Shown here in pieces: positions 59,199-64,000 of a DNA stretch of 64,000 nt (position 1 is its first letter; the number at the start of each line of letters is the position of its first letter). The notes beneath the pieces were generated by a model. That model saw only the letters and a program-made list of their open reading frames with translations. It searched no databases and had not been told where the DNA came from. The position numbers and the translations under genes were made by a program. This DNA is from Candidatus Poribacteria bacterium (lineage in GTDB: Bacteria; Poribacteria; WGA-4E; WGA-3G), in NCBI GenBank assembly GCA_965205025.1, contig CBDBFU010000012.1:213015-277014 (forward strand). Reading direction: 5' to 3'.

Positions 59199-61199
59199 AT
59201 GGTTTTGGGAATAATCTTTGGTGAAACATCAACGCAGGAATTTTCCTTTCTATTTGGAGATGTAGATGGCGAACGTCAAAATCAATTGAAATTTTCCTAT
59301 GTTGAAGTTAATATACCTGAAAGTAATGATAAGGTTGTTGCTAAAGTTATTGATGTAAATACAGAGAATCCACTATTGGCAAAAGATACTGCAAAGTTTT
59401 ATTCGGAGCACGAAACAGTTGGAATTTCGGTCCCTGATATAATATCGCACCGATTCACTTTGTATCAAGCCAAATGTGAAGTAATGGGGATCTATAATAG
59501 TATAGAAAACAAAATAGAACCCCTAACGCAGGCGATAAAACCCGGTGAGAAAGTAGAACTATTATCCAATGATGTGCTCAATCAACTCTTCTCTGCAAGC
59601 GAGGAATGGCATTTTCCCCTTGGATATGTTGAGATACCCGGCAGACAAACACATGCTCAAGTATCTTTGAAAGCAGACTCAATCATTACGATGCACGCTT
59701 GTGTTTTTGGCATGACAGGAATGGGTAAAACCACAACATCTGCTGTGCTCTTAGAAGAATTAATGTTCCGTGGTGCAAAGATCATCGTATTTGATCCACA
59801 CGCTGATTATATACATATTAATCGGATACGTCAAAAACTCAATGATGATTTTTCAGAAAGAATTCATAAGCATCAAGGCCTGATAGATAAAATATCAGAA
59901 TACAAGGAATTATTAATAAGTAAATGGTCAAGTAACTGGTCTCAGAGAGAAGTCAAACCTTGGGATGATTTTGATCCATCATTCAAAGATCTTATAAATG
60001 AGAAAGTCAATGAAGAATTAACATCTGAGAATATTTTTTATCGCTTACTTAGTTTATGTTCAATTAAAAATCGTAATCTAATGGTTGACTCTACGCGCAT
60101 CTCTGAACAATTGGATGACATTATTGACGGAATCACGCATCTTGATTTACATAATGGAATCCCTCAGGAACTCATTCACCGGAAGTTGACTATTAAGTTT
60201 AATGCTTTTCCTAGCCTCCAAGTATATACAGATAAAAGTCCTTACTTCACAATGAGATTGATTGAAGCAATAGCGGGTGAAGGTTTTTCAGAGGCACAAG
60301 AAGGTTTTGTAATTGATTGGCTGTCGCACCCACCAAAGCCGAATTTATCTGATGAACAACTTCTTTACTACTTAAAATCACGTATTAAGGATATGCCTAA
60401 ATCAAAAGACGGCAAACCCAATCCATCCCAAGTTCCTCTAAACCGAATTGTTGATAAGGCAAGCCGGACTGTCGTGTCTTTGATAAAACGAAAGTGCACG
60501 TCTCTAAATATCAGTAATTTTGTTGATGCTTTTTGTGCAAAGGGTGAGAGTTTATCTAATGTGGCGACAGCGGTATTTGATCTTTCAGATTTGGAAAATG
60601 ATCACGCAAGGCGAGCTTTGATTTATGCTGTTATGGAATTTGCTTTTGATAGGTATAAATCAAAAAGTTTTATTGTAGAAAAAGATAATCATCATGTAGG
60701 CAAAGATGCACATCCTGTACTTTTTGCTCTTGAGGAAGCAAGGACATTAATCCCCCGGCAAGATGAAAGTAGCACTACCGGAGAAATGCATCCCGCGACC
60801 AGAGCAGCTCGACTTGCAGCAAGACAAATTGCAACTGAAGGACGGAAGATGGGACTTGGTATGCTTGTTATCTCGCAAAAACCCGCTTCAGTAGATCCAA
60901 TAACTGTTTCTCAAGCAAATACGTTAATTTTGCACCGAGTTATTAACCCGGATGATCAGACGTACATCCGTAATGTTGGCGAATCTTTAGCTAGTGAAGA
61001 TTTGGAAACTTTGAAAACTGTAAAAGAAGGTGTTGCTATTGTTACGGGTGATGCCTTAAAAACCAGAATGTCTACATTAGTTAAAGTCAGAAATCGTTAT
61101 AGTGAACCTGGCACTGAAAAACCTCGCCCAATAGAAAGATTTTGGAACGATCCTAATAGAGAGACTTCAAGTGAAGTTCCTGAGTCTACAACGGAATAA
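59199..61199 (+). CDS. HerA/FtsK-type (DUF87) hexameric ATPase
   Basis: The ORF-track GTG start at 59181 overlaps the upstream stop. ATG at 59199 is preceded by SD 'aaaggag'. HAS-barrel-like N-terminus 'MVLGIIFGETSTQEFSFLF'. Walker A 'FGMTGMGKTTTSAV'. 'IIVFDPHADY' (HerA DPHGEY-type). Walker-B region 'VLFALEEARTLIP'. Hallmark 'GRKMGLGMLVISQKPASVDPITVSQANTLILHRVINPDD'. Confidence 0.85.
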   Translation: MVLGIIFGETSTQEFSFLFGDVDGERQNQLKFSYVEVNIPESNDKVVAKVIDVNTENPLLAKDTAKFYSEHETVGISVPDIISHRFTLYQAKCEVMGIYNSIENKIEPLTQAIKPGEKVELLSNDVLNQLFSASEEWHFPLGYVEIPGRQTHAQVSLKADSIITMHACVFGMTGMGKTTTSAVLLEELMFRGAKIIVFDPHADYIHINRIRQKLNDDFSERIHKHQGLIDKISEYKELLISKWSSNWSQREVKPWDDFDPSFKDLINEKVNEELTSENIFYRLLSLCSIKNRNLMVDSTRISEQLDDIIDGITHLDLHNGIPQELIHRKLTIKFNAFPSLQVYTDKSPYFTMRLIEAIAGEGFSEAQEGFVIDWLSHPPKPNLSDEQLLYYLKSRIKDMPKSKDGKPNPSQVPLNRIVDKASRTVVSLIKRKCTSLNISNFVDAFCAKGESLSNVATAVFDLSDLENDHARRALIYAVMEFAFDRYKSKSFIVEKDNHHVGKDAHPVLFALEEARTLIPRQDESSTTGEMHPATRAARLAARQIATEGRKMGLGMLVISQKPASVDPITVSQANTLILHRVINPDDQTYIRNVGESLASEDLETLKTVKEGVAIVTGDALKTRMSTLVKVRNRYSEPGTEKPRPIERFWNDPNRETSSEVPESTTE

Positions 61200-61217
61200 A
61201 TCAGACTTAAGTAAAAA

Positions 61218-62987
61218 ATGTGTTGGATGGGAATAGTAATAATGTCAGAATGTTTACAATCTAATCAGCAGCAACACACGGGAGGTAATTTGTTGATTTT
61301 AGGATGTTCTGACCGAAAACGTGAGTGTTACGGAAGCGCCCCAGCACTTGAAGTTTATGACGGTCCAAACTTCCAAACCCTCCGAAAGTACTTCAGGGAA
61401 AATGGATGGCCTCCCGGTCTTATAATAAAAATAATCTCTGCTAAATATAAAATCATTGACGCTACAACAATTATTGAACCCTATGATGAGCGACTGGATA
61501 AAGAAACAGCGAAAAAAATGAGGAATCGAGTAAGGTATCATTTAAAAAAAATTGAGCACCCAAAATCTGTTTTCGTCAATATGGGTAAGAACTATTTACC
61601 TGCAATTTCTTGCATTAAGTCTTTATATAATCCTGACAGAATTGAGTATGCAAAAGGTGGATATGTACAAAAACGCAAGGAGCTTAAACAGTGGCTTGAA
61701 GGTTTATCAAATAACACTGCTACAATCAATTCTCAAGAACAATCAGATAAGAAGTCTTATCTTTACTTTTTTCCAGATTGGAATGATTATGTTTATGAAT
61801 CTTTCGATCCAGAGAAAATAGATGAAAATCGGAAACCTGAGAAAGGAGTAAAAAAGTACGCTCACGAGATATTTAAGGATGATCCGCCTTATGACGGTTT
61901 ACTCCTCAGTCTTGCCCAACTGCAAACTAAAAATGGACAACTTACCCGACTTGATGAAAAAGGCTCATCGAATTTTCGAACTGAGATGCGGGTTCCTAAT
62001 AGGCTTTTATTATTCGGAGATTGCGGTGCTTTTTCATACATTGAGGATGAAAAGCCTCCCATTTCCTGTGAGGATGCGGCTTTTCGGTATAGTCAATTCG
62101 GTTTTGACCTTGGGACATCTGTCGATCATATACCGATTTCATCGATATCCAAAAGAAAGCAACGATACCGGATGGACTTAACAGCTGAAAATGCCAAAAA
62201 GTTTTTAGAAATTTGTCAGAACAACGAATACGAATTCGATCCAATTGGGAGCATACAAGGTATCATACCTAAACATTATGCTAAATTTGCCAGTGAATAT
62301 ATTAAATGGGGATATGAGCATGTTGCATTAGGTGGATTAGTACGTAGACAAGATTCAGATATTGTAGAAATAGTTGCAGCTGTTCGGGAGGCATTACAGA
62401 AAAGCACATGGAGTAAAAATAAAAATATTTGGGTACATCTTTTTGGCATTCTGAGACCAAATCTTCAACCCATTTTTCGGGAACTTGGTGTTTCCAGTTT
62501 TGACAGCGCATCTTACTTGAGAAAAGCGTGGTCAAGTCCAAATAGGAGCTATTTAACTGCATCTGGAAAGTGGTACGGAAGCATCCGAGTACCTTTTAGT
62601 ACATCAAAACCAATGCGCGAAGTTGCGAAATCTGATGCTAAGTTTTCTAAGAATGGTGCTATGCAGAAATTGGAAAAAGAATGTCTTACGAACCTTAAAC
62701 TTTTTGATGATAGGAAAATATCAGAGGAGAAAGTTCTTGAGAACATTAATGAATATAGTGCACTGCTTCAACGAAAAAAAACATATAACCATTTTTCCGA
62801 AAGACATAAGGAGTTATTAGATGAACGCCCTTGGAAAAAATGTAAATGTAAGATTTGCCAAGATTTGGGTATACATGTTGTAGTTTTCAGGGGAGCAAAC
62901 CGTAACAGACGAAGAGGTTTCCACAATACCTGGGTATTTTATCACAAAATTCTACATAAAGGTCGCAAAATATCATCTAAAGAGTAA
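61218..62987 (+). CDS. tRNA-guanine-transglycosylase (TGT/DpdA)-fold protein with an extra ~190-aa N-terminal domain
   Basis: C-terminal zinc site 'CKCKICQDLGIHVVVFRGANRNRRRGFHNTWVFYH' (C-x-C-x2-C...H, as in the TGT family). 'HLFGILRPNLQPIFRELGVSSFDSASY' resembles TGT 'MGVGKP...GVDMFDCV'. 'LLLFGDCGAFSYIED' fits the substrate-pocket Asp region. The N-terminal 'LLILGCSDRKRECYGSAPALEVYDGPNFQTLRKY...' is not part of the canonical TGT barrel. ATG 61218, with an alternative at 61242. Confidence 0.7.
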   Translation: MCWMGIVIMSECLQSNQQQHTGGNLLILGCSDRKRECYGSAPALEVYDGPNFQTLRKYFRENGWPPGLIIKIISAKYKIIDATTIIEPYDERLDKETAKKMRNRVRYHLKKIEHPKSVFVNMGKNYLPAISCIKSLYNPDRIEYAKGGYVQKRKELKQWLEGLSNNTATINSQEQSDKKSYLYFFPDWNDYVYESFDPEKIDENRKPEKGVKKYAHEIFKDDPPYDGLLLSLAQLQTKNGQLTRLDEKGSSNFRTEMRVPNRLLLFGDCGAFSYIEDEKPPISCEDAAFRYSQFGFDLGTSVDHIPISSISKRKQRYRMDLTAENAKKFLEICQNNEYEFDPIGSIQGIIPKHYAKFASEYIKWGYEHVALGGLVRRQDSDIVEIVAAVREALQKSTWSKNKNIWVHLFGILRPNLQPIFRELGVSSFDSASYLRKAWSSPNRSYLTASGKWYGSIRVPFSTSKPMREVAKSDAKFSKNGAMQKLEKECLTNLKLFDDRKISEEKVLENINEYSALLQRKKTYNHFSERHKELLDERPWKKCKCKICQDLGIHVVVFRGANRNRRRGFHNTWVFYHKILHKGRKISSKE

Positions 62988-63220
62988 CATAGATGATTCT
63001 CTCGGAGAACTATACAATCCTGTAAATCTTGGTAATCCTACAAATCTTGGTTCAGACAGTACAGGGTGTGTAATCTTTTTGTCACTTTTGAAAGCACTAA
63101 TAAATTCTCAATTCCATATACACCTATTTAGAGTTTGCCGATTACAAGGAATTCTTCACTACATTACTGCGCTTAGATATCCATCACTGACTTACCCAAA
63201 ATATAAACATTGAAGAAATC

Positions 63221-64000
63221 AAAATAAAATGAAGAAAACATTAACTTCTAACAACTAATATACATCTATTACATTAAAACAAAATGCATGAATATTATTT
63301 ATCATAATGAAAATAAATTTGAAATTATTGGTACACTATGGCAAAATTAATCTGGATTATACCCTGCACAATAGAAGTGTTTCATTAATTATAGGTTTTA
63401 TTATATGTGCTAAATTAACTATCTGGAGTAGAAGAAAATCCATGTTAGAATTACGAATAAAACATTCAGAATTGTCTCCTTATGAGAATCATCCTAAGAA
63501 CATACATACTCATAATCTAAAAAAGCTGGTACAGAGGATTATTGTACCGAATTACACCATATATTTTTTTAGTTTTTTTAGTTTTAAAATTTTACACCGA
63601 TTCATCAAATCCTTTGTTATCCCAATCCCCAACAGGGTTTACAGCATTTCAAAAAGTAATTTCTTAAAAAGCGATTTGAAAAACTTGAAAAACTTAAAGA
63701 ACTTGAAAAACTTAAAATTTGAGCAGCAACAAACAAAACAGACGATCATACACACAAGAAAACCACTAAACGTTTCGAAGGATATAATTACATTTCTTCT
63801 GTGGGTAAGGATTCCGATCCCGATCTTAACTACTTTACATATCCCTAAGATATTTAACATTCAAACAATTTCAAAACAATGGATTAGAAGAATAAAAAAA
63901 GACACAGCATACACTATTTTTGCAAATTCTTGTAACCTTAAAAAAGTGTCTCTAAACCCAGTGTAGTACTGACGGGAAAAAGGTTTTACCAAAGTTACAC
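63221..64000 (+). repeat. about 760-bp repeated element, copy 2 (runs to the window edge); direct orientation relative to copy 1; contains (aaaaacttg)-type iteron array and a low-complexity ORF (63307..63966)
   Basis: See 41527..42283. The array here reads 'gaaaaacttgaaaaacttaaagaacttgaaaaacttaaaa'. Confidence 0.8.

Noticed and set aside
1-64000. rRNA, tRNA, tmRNA, RNase P or riboswitch candidates
   Set aside because: I scanned the longer intergenic gaps (5.2-5.9, 26.6-27.0, 27.8-28.1, 41.3-43.0 and 63.0-63.3 kb) by eye. I found no cloverleaf-compatible tRNA, no rRNA-like conserved blocks and no recognisable riboswitch cores. A covariance-model scan (Infernal/tRNAscan-SE) would be needed to be sure.

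Overview
The window is about 64 kb of AT-rich DNA (roughly 40% GC by eye) from what appears to be an uncultivated bacterium. I did not recognise any rRNA, tRNA or CRISPR array. I called about 39 protein-coding genes.

Housekeeping genes: RNase J, leuS, obg-proB, endonuclease IV, an RqcH/FbpA-like protein, an HhH-GPD glycosylase-like protein and a tricorn-like S41 protease.

Secreted/surface repertoire: an arylsulfatase, a Tat-signal PhoX-like protein, and a 1471-aa LRR/cohesin/dockerin protein ending in a textbook T9SS C-terminal sorting domain. A PorV-like outer-membrane protein and a DUF5683-like protein sit in the same neighbourhood. Further members are a DUF1501 protein, two WD40 proteins, a 998-aa protein with two CxxCH motifs and PPC-like domains, an FG-GAP/ASPIC protein, three tandem LamG paralogs, and a 1345-aa sensor with about 18 Reg_prop propeller repeats and a PP2C/SpoIIE phosphatase output. 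This mix points to an FCB/PVC-like candidate lineage that cannot be pinned down from sequence alone.

Intergenic DNA carries at least four short dispersed repeat families, including nested MITE-like elements with recognisable terminal inverted repeats. A ~760-bp element occurs as two diverged direct copies, at 41.5-42.3 kb and from 63.2 kb to the window end, bracketing a 21-kb segment.

The most notable locus is a compact three-gene cassette at 57.5-63.0 kb. It lies immediately downstream of a degenerate IS transposase remnant (C-terminal fragment with an in-frame TGA). It encodes (A) a 545-aa unknown protein that is tentatively NurA-like, (B) a clear HerA/FtsK-type (DUF87) ATPase, and (C) a TGT/DpdA-fold protein (zinc motif CxCxxC...H) with an extra ~190-aa N-terminal domain. 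I am not aware of a described system with this architecture. It is a candidate DNA-modification or anti-phage module. A second small accessory pair, a GIY-YIG mini-protein plus a DUF2971 protein, sits in an especially AT-rich stretch at 14.9-16.3 kb.
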